Translations under genes and position numbers: made by a program | In this document: piece after piece, positions 13,648-23,232 of the stretch | Layout: every line of letters begins with the position of its first letter | Numbering within the stretch: the stretch's first letter is position 1 | Source: a virus | Lineage: Duplodnaviria; Caudoviricetes | IMG/VR virus record: IMGVR_UViG_3300049489_000171 | Coordinates: 1-55,368 of that record | DNA: 55,368 nucleotides | Strand: one strand, 5' to 3' | The notes under the pieces: model-generated | Told to the model about the DNA's origin: nothing | The model's database searches: none | The model's input: only the letters and a program-made list of their open reading frames with translations

Positions 13648-16509
13648 ATGAAGGTCCACATCGACATCGAGACCTACAGCGAAGCGGACCTCAAGAAAGA
13701 AGGACTCTACCGCCACGCCAACGACTACAGCACCGAACTGCTGGTCGTCTGCTACGCCATCGACGACGGGCCTGTGATGACTTGGTGGCCGGTTCCAGAC
13801 GTGCCCGCCGCGCTGAGGGTGCCCCCCGCGCACGTTGGCGAGCAGGCGCCGGCAGACCTTCTCGCCGCTCTCGAAGCCGGCGCCACGGTCTACGCACACA
13901 ACGCGAGTTTCGAGAGAGCCGTTCTCTCTGGTCACGTCGGACGGCGTCACGGCTTCCCGGTCCTGCGGCCAAGCCGCATGGTCTGCACCGCAGCCAAAGC
14001 GGCGGCACACGGCCTGCCGCGCTCCCTGGAGGACGCCTGCAAGGCTATTGGCACCCGACCCAAGATGGCCAGCGGCAGAGCCAACATGCTTCAGTTGGCC
14101 AAGCCGCGTACTGGCAAGCAGCACCGCTACGAGATGGCGGACTACCCGGAGAAGTACGCGGACCTGGCCGCGTATTGCGTGGACGACGTGCGGGCCGAAC
14201 GTGACCTCGACCGCCGGCTCCCTGACCTCACCCCGAGAGAGCAGGCGGTCTGGGAGCTCGACCAGTTGATCAACGACCGCGGCGTGCGGCTGGACCGCAA
14301 AGCCATTGCCGACGTGCAGTTTCTGATCGCCGAGTACAAGGCTGAACTGAAGAAACTGTGCATCGAGTGGACGGGCTGCAACCCGACCCAGACCGCCGAG
14401 ATCGCCAATTGGGTGCGCAAGCACGGCTACCCGCAGTTGGTCGATCTGCAGAAAGCCTCGGTCGACGTGGCACTGCAGGACGAGGCGTGTCCTGAGAACG
14501 TGCGCCAGGTGCTGCGCCTTCGGTCGACCTATGCGATGGCCGCGGTCGCCAAGTACACGGCGATGGAGACCTCGGTTGGCGATGACGACCGCCTGCGCGG
14601 GATGCTCTTGTACCACGGAGCGGCAACCGGCCGCTGGGCCTCGCTGCTCGTGCAGCTTCAAAACATGTTCCGCCCGGTGATCAAGGACGTGCCGACCGCG
14701 ATCGAGGCGTTCGCCTTGCGTGACCTGCAGTGGGTCAAAGATCTGTACCCGGCCGACCCTATGAAGGTCTTCGCCTCGGCGGTCAGGGGCATGATCATCC
14801 CCGCTGAGGGGAAAGACCTGATGGCGTTGGACTTCAGCGCCATTGAGGCCCGGGTGCTGGCATGGCTCGCGGGTCAACGCGACATCCTCGCCGTGTTCGC
14901 CACCCACGGCAAGGTCTACGAGTACACCGCGGGGCAGATTTACCGGGTGCCGCTGGAGAAGGTCACCGAGGCCCAGCGGTTCATCGGCAAGGTCGCCGTG
15001 CTGGCACTGGGCTACCAGGGTGGTCAGGCAGCGTTCGCCAAGATGGCCAAGAACTTCGGCGTTGACATCCCCGAGGAGCGGGCCAACGAGATCAAGAACG
15101 ACTGGCGCAAGGCCAACAACTTCATCGTCCAGTTCTGGTACGACATCGAGACCGCGGCCAAAGCAGCGGTCGGTAACCCTGGGCAGGCGTTCGGTGTGCC
15201 GTCCAAGCGGATCGTCTTCTGTGTGAAAGACCGTTGGTTGGTGATGCGCCTGCCGTCGGGCCGCAAGCTGTACTACCTCGACCCGGAGATCGACGAGAAC
15301 GGCCAAGTCACATACATGGGCGTGGACACGTACACGCGCCGCTGGTGCAGGGTCGGAACGTATGGCGGGAAGCTCTGCCTTGCGGGGGACACGGAAGTGC
15401 TCACTGATAAAGGGTGGCTGCCGATTAGCCAGTACCGTGAGGGGGCCAGACTGTGGGACGGAGCGGCTTGGGTTTACGGTGGTAAGCTACTTGATCAAGG
15501 GGTCAAGCCTGTAATACGCTACGCGGGCGTTTGGATGACTTCTGATCACGAGGTACTGTCGAATGAAGGCTGGAAAACCGCCGAAGCTATGGCATCGGGC
15601 CAAGGACTTGAGCGGGCGCAAGTTCGCCTACCTGACTGTTCTCCGGTACTCTCACAGCGAGCGTGGCAAGACGTTCTGGGTTCTGCGGTGCGAGTGCGGG
15701 AAAGAGACGGTGGCCGAGGGGGCCGGATTGACTCGAGCCCGCGGCCCTTCACCGAAGTCATGTGGGTGCAAGACCGGCGCGTTGATTGCCGCGGGCAACA
15801 CGCAACACGGCCTGTCCAAGCACCCGGCGTACTGGGTGTATCGAAGCATGATCGACCGCTGTCGGCTGCCGTCTCATCAGGCATGGCACAACTATGGCGG
15901 CAGGGGTATACGGGTTTGCGCACGCTGGCGGAAAGGCTTTGCGTTCTTCTGGGCAGACATGGAGCGCGGATATCAGCCAGGGCTGTGCTTGGAGCGGGTG
16001 AACAACGCGAAGGGGTATTCGCCCGAGAACTGTCGGTGGGCTACGTACAGGGAGCAGGCCAACAATACGCGCATGAACCGAAAGATAAATACCCTTTGGG
16101 GGCTGATGACGGTCACTCAAGCCGGCAGAAAGGCCGGGCTTCTGAATACAACGATCCTCGAAAGGATCAAAAGAGGTTGGCCGGAGAGCAGACTGCTCGA
16201 ACCTACGACATAGCCAACGTCGGGCCGCGCAATCGCTTCACGGTTCGTGGCGACGCCGGAGAGGTGTTTATCGTCCACAACTGCGAAAACAGTGTGCAAG
16301 CTATTGCGCGCGACCTGCTGGTCAACGGTATGTTCGAGTTGGAGGCGGCCGGCTACCCCCTGGTCCTGACCGTGCATGACGAGGTGGTCATGGAAGTGGA
16401 CTCTGGCGATCTGGACGAGGCGGCGGCGCTGATGTGCCGGTTGCCAGAATGGGCGAAGGGGCTGCCAGTTAAGGCTGAAGGTTGGGTTGGGGTTCGTTAC
16501 AGGAAGTAA
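13648..16509 (+). CDS. polA: family A DNA polymerase, intein-containing precursor (about 651 aa after splicing)
   Basis: Exonuclease DIETYS, AHNASFER, YCVDDV; TGRWAS; motif A DFSAIEARV; motif B RFIGKVAVLALGY; motif C VHDEV. Confidence 0.93.
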   Translation: MKVHIDIETYSEADLKKEGLYRHANDYSTELLVVCYAIDDGPVMTWWPVPDVPAALRVPPAHVGEQAPADLLAALEAGATVYAHNASFERAVLSGHVGRRHGFPVLRPSRMVCTAAKAAAHGLPRSLEDACKAIGTRPKMASGRANMLQLAKPRTGKQHRYEMADYPEKYADLAAYCVDDVRAERDLDRRLPDLTPREQAVWELDQLINDRGVRLDRKAIADVQFLIAEYKAELKKLCIEWTGCNPTQTAEIANWVRKHGYPQLVDLQKASVDVALQDEACPENVRQVLRLRSTYAMAAVAKYTAMETSVGDDDRLRGMLLYHGAATGRWASLLVQLQNMFRPVIKDVPTAIEAFALRDLQWVKDLYPADPMKVFASAVRGMIIPAEGKDLMALDFSAIEARVLAWLAGQRDILAVFATHGKVYEYTAGQIYRVPLEKVTEAQRFIGKVAVLALGYQGGQAAFAKMAKNFGVDIPEERANEIKNDWRKANNFIVQFWYDIETAAKAAVGNPGQAFGVPSKRIVFCVKDRWLVMRLPSGRKLYYLDPEIDENGQVTYMGVDTYTRRWCRVGTYGGKLCLAGDTEVLTDKGWLPISQYREGARLWDGAAWVYGGKLLDQGVKPVIRYAGVWMTSDHEVLSNEGWKTAEAMASGQGLERAQVRLPDCSPVLSQRAWQDVLGSAVRVRERDGGRGGRIDSSPRPFTEVMWVQDRRVDCRGQHATRPVQAPGVLGVSKHDRPLSAAVSSGMAQLWRQGYTGLRTLAERLCVLLGRHGARISARAVLGAGEQREGVFARELSVGYVQGAGQQYAHEPKDKYPLGADDGHSSRQKGRASEYNDPRKDQKRLAGEQTARTYDIANVGPRNRFTVRGDAGEVFIVHNCENSVQAIARDLLVNGMFELEAAGYPLVLTVHDEVVMEVDSGDLDEAAALMCRLPEWAKGLPVKAEGWVGVRYRK
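15376..16281 (+). mobile_element. intein (302 aa) in DNA polymerase
   Basis: Block A CLAGDTEVLTDKGW; block B MTSDHEV; block F TYDI; block G FIVHN followed by Cys; the exteins join as YGGKL-CENSVQAIARD. Confidence 0.92.
15563..16213 (+). CDS. HNH homing endonuclease in the +1 frame inside the intein
   Basis: DLSGRKFAYLTV; RCECG; SCGC; MIDRC; YGGRGIRVC; LERVNNAKGYSPENCRWAT..EQANN; GAGGT at 15550-15554 upstream of the ATG. Confidence 0.9.
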   Translation: MKAGKPPKLWHRAKDLSGRKFAYLTVLRYSHSERGKTFWVLRCECGKETVAEGAGLTRARGPSPKSCGCKTGALIAAGNTQHGLSKHPAYWVYRSMIDRCRLPSHQAWHNYGGRGIRVCARWRKGFAFFWADMERGYQPGLCLERVNNAKGYSPENCRWATYREQANNTRMNRKINTLWGLMTVTQAGRKAGLLNTTILERIKRGWPESRLLEPTT

Positions 16510-16510
16510 A

Positions 16511-16783
16511 ATGAGAGAAGGCCCCATTCAAAAGAACGTGGTCGCCTATGCCCGCAAGAAAGGTTTCTGGGCGCGCAAGTTCGTCAGCCAGCATCGCCGG
16601 TCGGCGCCTGACTTCATCTTCGGGTGGGATCGCCAAATCTGGTTCATCGAGTTTAAGGCGACAGGCGAGCAGCCTACCGAGTTGCAGGCCAAGGAGCACA
16701 AAGAGATGCGCGATGTCGGGCTGACCGTCTACGTTGTTGACGACATCGACACAGGGCGCGCCATCATAGACTCGTATGCTTAG
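16511..16783 (+). CDS. VRR-NUC domain nuclease
   Basis: MREGPIQ; APDFI; FIEFKATG..PTELQ. Confidence 0.88.
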   Translation: MREGPIQKNVVAYARKKGFWARKFVSQHRRSAPDFIFGWDRQIWFIEFKATGEQPTELQAKEHKEMRDVGLTVYVVDDIDTGRAIIDSYA

Positions 16784-18179
16784 CCGCTCTGACTTCCGCC
16801 CCTACCAGACCCGCGCCGTCGAGTGGTTCAAGGACCACACGCATTGCGCCGGGTGGATTTTCCTTGGGGGCGGGAAAACGATTTCCACCCTCACCGCCTA
16901 CGACGAACTGCGTCAGGCCGGCGAGGTCAAGAAGATGCTCGTGGTGGCCCCCTTGCGCGTGGCTCGCTCGGTCTGGCACGAACAAGCCGCCGAGTGGGAG
17001 CATACCCGCCACCTCAAGGTCAGCAAGATCCTCGGCACGCCCGAACAGCGGCTGGCCGCGCTGCGCGCCAAGGCCGACGTCTACACCATCAACCGCGAGA
17101 ACCTGTGCTGGCTGCGCGACCTGATCATCCAGAACAAGAAGCAGGTCAAGGCGTGGCCCTTCGACATGGTGGTGCTGGACGAGTCATCGAGCTACAAGAC
17201 GCAAGGGTCAAACCGCTTCAAGGCGATGCGGCAACTCCGTGTGCTGTGCAAGCGCCTGGTCGAACTCACCGGGACGCCAGCCCCCAACCGCCTGCCGGAC
17301 CTGTGGGCGCAGATGTACCTGATCGACCGGGGCCAGCGGCTCGGGGCCACCGAGACAGCGTACCGTGAGCGGTGGTTCAACAAACCAGGGTATGGCGAGT
17401 ACAAGTGGACGCTGAAGAAGGGCGCGCAGGAGGCGATCTACGCGGCGGTGGCTGACGTGGTGCTCTCGCTGAACGAGTCTGACTACATGGACTTGCCGCG
17501 GGTCATTCCGGTGCCGGTGCTGGTGCGACTCAGCCCGAAGGCTATGGCTGAGTACAAGCGCTTTGAGCGCACGTTCGTCATGCAGGCTGGGGAGCGTCAG
17601 GTCAGCGCGGTCAGCGCCGGAGCCCTGCACGGCAAGCTCTGCCAGCTGGCAAACGGCGCGGTCTACACCGATGACAAGGGAACGTTCCACGAATTTCACG
17701 ACGAGAAGCTGGACGCGCTGATCGAGCAGGTCGATGGCGCCAGCGGGCCGATGATCGTGGTGTACTCGTTCCGGTCAGAGCTTGCGCGCATACAGGCGCG
17801 GCTCGCCAAAGAGTACGGCGATGGCTTAAGGGTCGAGGTTTTGGATTCGCAAGCCAGCGAGGACCGCTGGAATCGAGGTGAGACGGATGTGCTCCTGCTG
17901 CACCCGGAGTCGGCGGGGCACGGACTAAACCTGCAGCACAGCGGGGCGGAGCTTATAGTTTGGATGTCAGCTACGGCCAACCTGGAGCATTTTGATCAAG
18001 TCAACGCCCGGTTAGCCGGAGGGCATCGGCGCCGCGGTGGGTTGGTGGTGGCCTATATATCAGCGGTCGACACGGTCGATGATAAGTTGGTCAGGCTTCT
18101 GAAGGAGAAGACGGTGGAGCAAGACGCATTGCGGGTTGGCGTGGCGCGGTTGAACAACGACGATTGGTTGGCGATATGA
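16776..18179 (+). CDS. SNF2-family helicase
   Basis: RPYQ; LGGGKT; VVLDESS; LTGTPAPN; AGHGLNLQ. Confidence 0.9.
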   Translation: MLSRSDFRPYQTRAVEWFKDHTHCAGWIFLGGGKTISTLTAYDELRQAGEVKKMLVVAPLRVARSVWHEQAAEWEHTRHLKVSKILGTPEQRLAALRAKADVYTINRENLCWLRDLIIQNKKQVKAWPFDMVVLDESSSYKTQGSNRFKAMRQLRVLCKRLVELTGTPAPNRLPDLWAQMYLIDRGQRLGATETAYRERWFNKPGYGEYKWTLKKGAQEAIYAAVADVVLSLNESDYMDLPRVIPVPVLVRLSPKAMAEYKRFERTFVMQAGERQVSAVSAGALHGKLCQLANGAVYTDDKGTFHEFHDEKLDALIEQVDGASGPMIVVYSFRSELARIQARLAKEYGDGLRVEVLDSQASEDRWNRGETDVLLLHPESAGHGLNLQHSGAELIVWMSATANLEHFDQVNARLAGGHRRRGGLVVAYISAVDTVDDKLVRLLKEKTVEQDALRVGVARLNNDDWLAI

Positions 18180-18337
18180 GTTGCGGGAAAATGTCGTTTG
18201 AGACCAAATCGACCTGCCGGGAGTACGCGCGGCGGGCTCGTAAGCGGGTCGGCCATCAGCTGCGGCCGTACCAGTGCCCGCGCTGCGGCTACTGGCACAC
18301 GACCAGTCAGCGACCCGCCATCCCTAGAAAGGGCTGA
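18176..18337 (+). CDS. small zinc-finger protein (53 aa)
   Basis: Manual translation MSCGKMSF...RPYQCPRCGYWHTT; ATGA coupling. Confidence 0.65.
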   Translation: MSCGKMSFETKSTCREYARRARKRVGHQLRPYQCPRCGYWHTTSQRPAIPRKG

Positions 18338-18349
18338 CCGCGTCCTGAG

Positions 18350-18730
18350 TCAGCCCGGATACTTGCGCCTCGGCAACTGCCAATGAGGCATGTCCCACTG
18401 CCACAGATCGAAGCCCCACTGGATAGGAACGCCCACGTTGACCGCTGCGGCCTTCACGGCCAGTGCCAACTGGTGATACGGGGTGGGTTCCCACCTGATC
18501 GTCCCGAGCCACACAGCAAGGTCTACGGCATGCCCAGTCAGGTGCCTGGATCGCATCGTCCGGCTGGCTCCGGCTTTGACCAGCTCCCGCTGGCGCTCGA
18601 CTGACCGCAGCCCTTCGATCACCACGAAATCAATCGGCGTGATCTGGATTGCCCGCTTGACCACGGCCACGAGGTCGGGATGCACGCCTTCTAGGGACTT
18701 CAGGCTCCGTTTTGACAGCTTGAAACTCAT
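18350..18730 (-). CDS. endolysin, M15 family peptidase
   Basis: LSKRS..LEGVHPDL; EGLRS.ERQ; SRHLTGHAVD; DMPHWQL. Confidence 0.92.
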   Translation of the reverse strand: MSFKLSKRSLKSLEGVHPDLVAVVKRAIQITPIDFVVIEGLRSVERQRELVKAGASRTMRSRHLTGHAVDLAVWLGTIRWEPTPYHQLALAVKAAAVNVGVPIQWGFDLWQWDMPHWQLPRRKYPG

Positions 18731-18954
18731 TTCAACCCTCTAATCGCCTCAAACCGTGTGTTGCACTGCGCAATAACCAGCTTGGCATCCTCGTAGGCTT
18801 CCAACAGTTCCCCATTCGTCGCCGGGCTGGCTGTATGGACGCAGGGCGCGGTTAAACCGGCAGGCACTGCCATAGGACGGTAGATGATCCGCGTGCAGCC
18901 TGAGACATTTAACGCTGCCAGGATCGCGGGCAGGCAATAGGCTGCTCTGACCAT
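18727..18954 (-). CDS. Rz1: o-spanin lipoprotein
   Basis: Lipobox-like LNVSGC; PAGLTAPC; overlaps the 3' end of the i-spanin. Confidence 0.75.
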   Translation of the reverse strand: MVRAAYCLPAILAALNVSGCTRIIYRPMAVPAGLTAPCVHTASPATNGELLEAYEDAKLVIAQCNTRFEAIRGLK

Positions 18955-19226
18955 GCTTTGCACTCCGGGTCGGTTCGTACCGCATCGCGGTAGATGATTT
19001 TGACCTTGCCCTTTTGGGCTTCCAGGTCCGCCACCAGGTCATTCGTCGCCTCGATCACGGTCTCCCTGCGGGCCACCGCAGCCACCCCCGCCTCCAGCAT
19101 CCGGCGCAGTTCCTCGCCGTGCTTGTTGTTCAGCCGCCAGCCGTTCGCAAGCCACCCGGCAGCAAAGACAAATATCAGGGCTGCGACAGCGATACCCAAG
19201 CGGGCGGATGCAGTGAACGGGGTCAC
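18909..19226 (-). CDS. Rz: i-spanin
   Basis: N-terminal TM ending AAGWLANGWRL, helical region, C-terminal Cys. Confidence 0.75.
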   Translation of the reverse strand: MTPFTASARLGIAVAALIFVFAAGWLANGWRLNNKHGEELRRMLEAGVAAVARRETVIEATNDLVADLEAQKGKVKIIYRDAVRTDPECKAWSEQPIACPRSWQR

Positions 19227-19447
19227 TGCTCACCGTACTTGGTCAGGACGTGATCGGAAGCCCGCTTGCTCAGCCGGTCAGCCCATTGCAGTGCTGCGGT
19301 CAGGATCGTCGTCAACGCCGCACCCTCTGCCCCGGTCAGCGGGGGCTTGTCGGCCAGCCAGCCGTTCCATGCCCACAACAGCATCTGCACGACCGCGCCT
19401 GCGATCAGGCCGATGGTGACGATGTTAGGTCGCGTTTCGGTGTTCAT
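19223..19447 (-). CDS. putative holin
   Basis: Two hydrophobic segments, charged C-terminus, position in the lysis cassette, AGGAG RBS. Confidence 0.6.
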   Translation of the reverse strand: MNTETRPNIVTIGLIAGAVVQMLLWAWNGWLADKPPLTGAEGAALTTILTAALQWADRLSKRASDHVLTKYGEQ

Positions 19448-19594
19448 GTCTCCTCCCGTATATCCGCCCGACATAGCTCGGACTGGTCGGCTTGCGCGGC
19501 TTCTTGCGCGGGGCGTTGATAGTCCGATTGTTCACCCGCAAACAGTCCGGTACTCGTTTGCCGGTCAGTTCTTCCCATCGAATCCACCACGGCT

Positions 19595-20140
19595 TCAACC
19601 CGGCCCGCACTTGCCAACCCTATCGCCGACGATGCCGTAGCCCGTCAGACCGGGGATCGGCGCGCATTCAACCCCGAGCGGCAAAACCCCCGTCGCCCGT
19701 ACCAACCTGAGCGAGCCGCCGGAGTACATGCGGAACTCGTAGGCAGTCGTGGCCACCGTCACAATCACAGGCGGATTCGGCGGTGCGACCGGAACGACCT
19801 TGCTGGCGATGCTCGACCAGTCTGAGACGTTATTGGCAGTGTCATGCGTCCTCGCTCGGAAGCAGTATGTCCCTGGCGCAAGGTTGGATATGGTCAGGCT
19901 CGTACCTGCGCCCGTGGTCGCTGAAGTCCCCGTGACCGTGCCGAATGCCGTACCGGAGCAAGTGCCGTACTCGACTTCGGTGCTGCCGATCTGCGCCGAC
20001 GTGAGCGCCGAACCGTCCGTGCGGGTTGTCGGGTTAGTCCACGTCACGACAGCCTGACCGGCGAACGCGCTACCGGCCAGCAGGAACAGCGCCACGGCGC
20101 CTAGCATGATGAGCGCCATCAGTATTTTCTCGTATTTCAC
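19595..20140 (-). CDS. exported fibronectin type III domain protein
   Basis: Signal peptide ending AFA; WTNPTTRTDGSAL..YGT..LAPGTYCFRAR..SDWS. Confidence 0.75.
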   Translation of the reverse strand: MKYEKILMALIMLGAVALFLLAGSAFAGQAVVTWTNPTTRTDGSALTSAQIGSTEVEYGTCSGTAFGTVTGTSATTGAGTSLTISNLAPGTYCFRARTHDTANNVSDWSSIASKVVPVAPPNPPVIVTVATTAYEFRMYSGGSLRLVRATGVLPLGVECAPIPGLTGYGIVGDRVGKCGPG

Positions 20141-20517
20141 GATTTATCTCCCGCCATCAGTTGAAGGATCTTGTCCACCCGCTGCGTGAGCAACCCATGC
20201 TGTGTAGACATCTGGGCACTCAGCGCGTCGTACCGTCCAGCCGCCCGTTCGTTGTAGGCGTCGATTTTCACGTTGACTTCCTTCAGCTCAGTCGCCAACT
20301 CCTTGCGGATGTCGTCGTGACTGCGTGCATCTGCGACGGCGTGCTGGTTCAGGTCGTGAGAACACTTCTGCTCCAACTCGTCCTGGCGTTCTTCCAGCTT
20401 CCGCCACGTCCTGCGCATCATGGCTGTCACCGCAGCGGCCAGCGTGGCAATGATCCACCCGGCTGCATCCCATAGACCGGATTCCAGCACGTCCTTTGCA
20501 TGTGTTCCTTCATTCAT
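20137..20517 (-). CDS. membrane-anchored coiled-coil protein
   Basis: N-terminal TM WIIATLAAAVTAMM followed by coiled coil. Confidence 0.65.
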   Translation of the reverse strand: MNEGTHAKDVLESGLWDAAGWIIATLAAAVTAMMRRTWRKLEERQDELEQKCSHDLNQHAVADARSHDDIRKELATELKEVNVKIDAYNERAAGRYDALSAQMSTQHGLLTQRVDKILQLMAGDKS

Positions 20518-20523
20518 CGTGCC

Positions 20524-20886
20524 TCACCAGTTATTTGCCGTTGTTGCGAGATAGACGAGCGCCGCCCAAGCAGCGATCACAAACATCTGAACCCGTTTAC
20601 TGCACTCTACCGAACCCCAGAGTGGCGGGCCTGCGAGCGCGCCGTGCTGTTCGTCGAAATGCTCGAGGACATCCAGCAGCTTGTCCCATGCCCAACCGGA
20701 GCGGTGATCCTGCGCCCTGCGGGAGACGGTGCAGACTGCGCCGCCCGTGAGGACGTTCAAGCCCACGTCGAACAGGTAGACGGGCGCGAACTTCCATGCG
20801 TTCCAGCCGGGCTTGTAGGCGAGCGTGCCGAGCTTGAAAAAGCCGGTCAGCCAGAGAGTGAGGTTGTGGATGTAGTTGGTCATCAT
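20524..20886 (-). CDS. hypothetical membrane protein
   Basis: FDVGLNVLTGG..TVSRR motif; C-terminal hydrophobic segment. Confidence 0.6.
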   Translation of the reverse strand: MMTNYIHNLTLWLTGFFKLGTLAYKPGWNAWKFAPVYLFDVGLNVLTGGAVCTVSRRAQDHRSGWAWDKLLDVLEHFDEQHGALAGPPLWGSVECSKRVQMFVIAAWAALVYLATTANNW

Positions 20887-20889
20887 TGT

Positions 20890-23232
20890 TTACGCCAGTG
20901 TTATGGGGATTCCTGCCGAAGCAGTGCCAGCGGCGCTAACAACGTACACCCAGTTTGCGCCCGCGCTCAACAACCCTTTTTGGGCTATAGCAGTTATCGA
21001 CGTATCCTCCCAAGTCAGGTGCGGCTGCACTTCACGGCGGGTACACGCAGCCCACGTCGGGGCGTTACCTATCTCTACTCGTGCGCGGGTGTTGTCTACG
21101 TAGACATTGTCCATATGCACTTCAGACCACGCCAGGTAGGAAGGTCCGCCATCAACCTCCTCGGTCGACGAGTACGCTCCGATCCAGAGATTCTGCCAGT
21201 ATGAGTCCGCAGCCGTGCGCGTTGATGTCGCATTAGCGTTGAGCTGCAACGTGATGCTCGGGCTGGTCGTGCGGTGAACAGTAACCTCGGCCACGCCGTT
21301 TGCCGTGTTCGGCGCTGACTGCTTCAGATACACCTCAAACCTGATCCACTCCCCGTTAATGAGGTCCAGTTGTGTGTCGGCGTCCCACGGCACATATTGA
21401 TCTATGCCGTTGAACCGCAACTCGCCGTTGCCTGCGTCGGGGTTGCCCATACCGATATAGACGAAAGGCGCAGAGCCTTCAGAGGCAGGCCAGAAGTCAA
21501 AAGGCTTGGTGTTCCTTGACCACGCCTGCGTCCCGGTATGCGAGAACGACGTATCCTCATACCGCCACCAATAGGTGAAGTACAGTTCGTCGCCCGTGTC
21601 GGGCATCGGCTGGTTGACTTTCAGAGCGCATGTCCACGCGCTTGCCTCGCCGCTGTTGCCCCCGTACTTCAACAGGACGTTGTTTGACCCTGCTGTACGT
21701 CGGTTCGCATTGGAGTATTTCGGTTGGTCGTGCCCAGAACTGGCAACGTCCCACGTCCATGCGGCGTCGTCCTTCCGGGTAAGCGTCGGCGGTTGCCCGT
21801 ATACGTCGGCGCCGACTACGCCGCTGGCGAAGTTGTCAAACACCAGCGGGAAGTCTGGGCGCGTTCCGAAACCAGAACCTGTAACCGTCAGGATGCCGTC
21901 GGTTATAGACGCCCCCGGAGAGCCAACAGCCTCGACAGCGATCGCCCCTGCTGACCGCACAGCAACGGCCTGCAAAGCCCCTGAGAGGCTGCGGTTGTTA
22001 GCCGCTGCATCGGCAGGCGTCGTCACTGTCCTGGCATTGGAGGCTGGCGACTGGTTGCCGTCTATGTCAAACGCCCGTACCGTGAACGTGTAAGTGGTGC
22101 TGGGGGCGAGGCCAGACGCAACTATGTCAAGATCTAGCGCCCAGTCGTGGTAGACGCCGTTGATATACAGCACATAGTGCTCGACGCCAATGTCGTCATC
22201 AGCCGCAAGATACGTAATCCTGTAACTGCTCGGCGTCACCTGCACCGGCTCGAGCTGGAACGGCGCGGTCGGCGACTGCGTATCCAACTGCGTCGTTGAG
22301 GTGAAGGTGCGCGAGATGCCAGCTATGGTGACCGTCGTAGTGACGGACTGCAATGATCCAGCGCCGGATGTATGCTGTAGCCGCACCGTTTGCCCGTTGG
22401 AAATGGTCCCCGGAGACGCCGTGTACGCGGCGCCATTAATCGAGTACGTCCCGCCAGAGACAGATATGGCGACAGGCACGTTGATGCCGGTGATCGTGGC
22501 AGGCAGGGATGTCGCGGGGATGCCTGGAAGCATCCCCGTGAGACTGGCGAAGCTGAAGTCGTTAGGGACCGCATCCGCGGGGGCGGTTGTGCTGGTAAAC
22601 ACCGCCTGCACGCCGCCGACGGTCAGTGTGCTGTTCACCGACTCGTTCACGTTCGCTGAGCTGGTGTGGCGGACCCGAACCGTGTCGTTATTGACAACCG
22701 ACCCCGCTGAGGTGGTCCACGCGCCTGCCGAGTTCTTGTCCCACTCACCGACAAGCACAGTGACAGCCACCGGCCCGTTGATGCCGGTGATCGTCACGGG
22801 GTCGGAAGTCGTCAGCGTTGATTGTGCGACACCTGTTTTCGGCGCGATAGTGAACGGGTCTGGAACCAGGTCGGTGGCGAGCGTCGAGGCGACAAGGTTG
22901 GCAGATGCTGCCGAGTCCAGTGCCGACGTATAGCCGACGACATGAAACGTGTAAGACGTTCCGGGGGTCAGGCCAGTCACGGCCCGGCTGGTGCCTGTCT
23001 GTGCCGACAGTAGCTGCCCGTCCTGGTACACCCGGTATCCAATCACCGCCAACCCGTCTGTAGACACTGAAGCGGTCCACCTGAACGTGATGGACGTCAG
23101 GCTGGTGGCTGTCACCTGCAACTCTGTCGGTGCAGTCGGCGCGGTGTTAGGCGCGGGCGGGGCTACCGGCTGGTCGGGTGTGAGCCGAGTCCTGCCCGCG
23201 AAACATCGTCTGACTGCGGCTGAAACCCACAT
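20890..23232 (-). CDS. Fn3/Ig-like repeat protein with a C-terminal jelly-roll-like domain (probable virion adhesin)
   Basis: Two Fn3 domains (LTPGTSYTFHV; LAPSTTYTFTVRAFD); two D.VP..F....TG repeats; Trp-rich C-terminal domain (GEWIRFEVY, HMDNVYVD). Confidence 0.75.
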   Translation of the reverse strand: MWVSAAVRRCFAGRTRLTPDQPVAPPAPNTAPTAPTELQVTATSLTSITFRWTASVSTDGLAVIGYRVYQDGQLLSAQTGTSRAVTGLTPGTSYTFHVVGYTSALDSAASANLVASTLATDLVPDPFTIAPKTGVAQSTLTTSDPVTITGINGPVAVTVLVGEWDKNSAGAWTTSAGSVVNNDTVRVRHTSSANVNESVNSTLTVGGVQAVFTSTTAPADAVPNDFSFASLTGMLPGIPATSLPATITGINVPVAISVSGGTYSINGAAYTASPGTISNGQTVRLQHTSGAGSLQSVTTTVTIAGISRTFTSTTQLDTQSPTAPFQLEPVQVTPSSYRITYLAADDDIGVEHYVLYINGVYHDWALDLDIVASGLAPSTTYTFTVRAFDIDGNQSPASNARTVTTPADAAANNRSLSGALQAVAVRSAGAIAVEAVGSPGASITDGILTVTGSGFGTRPDFPLVFDNFASGVVGADVYGQPPTLTRKDDAAWTWDVASSGHDQPKYSNANRRTAGSNNVLLKYGGNSGEASAWTCALKVNQPMPDTGDELYFTYWWRYEDTSFSHTGTQAWSRNTKPFDFWPASEGSAPFVYIGMGNPDAGNGELRFNGIDQYVPWDADTQLDLINGEWIRFEVYLKQSAPNTANGVAEVTVHRTTSPSITLQLNANATSTRTAADSYWQNLWIGAYSSTEEVDGGPSYLAWSEVHMDNVYVDNTRARVEIGNAPTWAACTRREVQPHLTWEDTSITAIAQKGLLSAGANWVYVVSAAGTASAGIPITLA

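Noticed and set aside
13444-15306. 620-aa minus-strand ORF
   Set aside because: Antisense shadow of the GC-rich polymerase gene; no motifs
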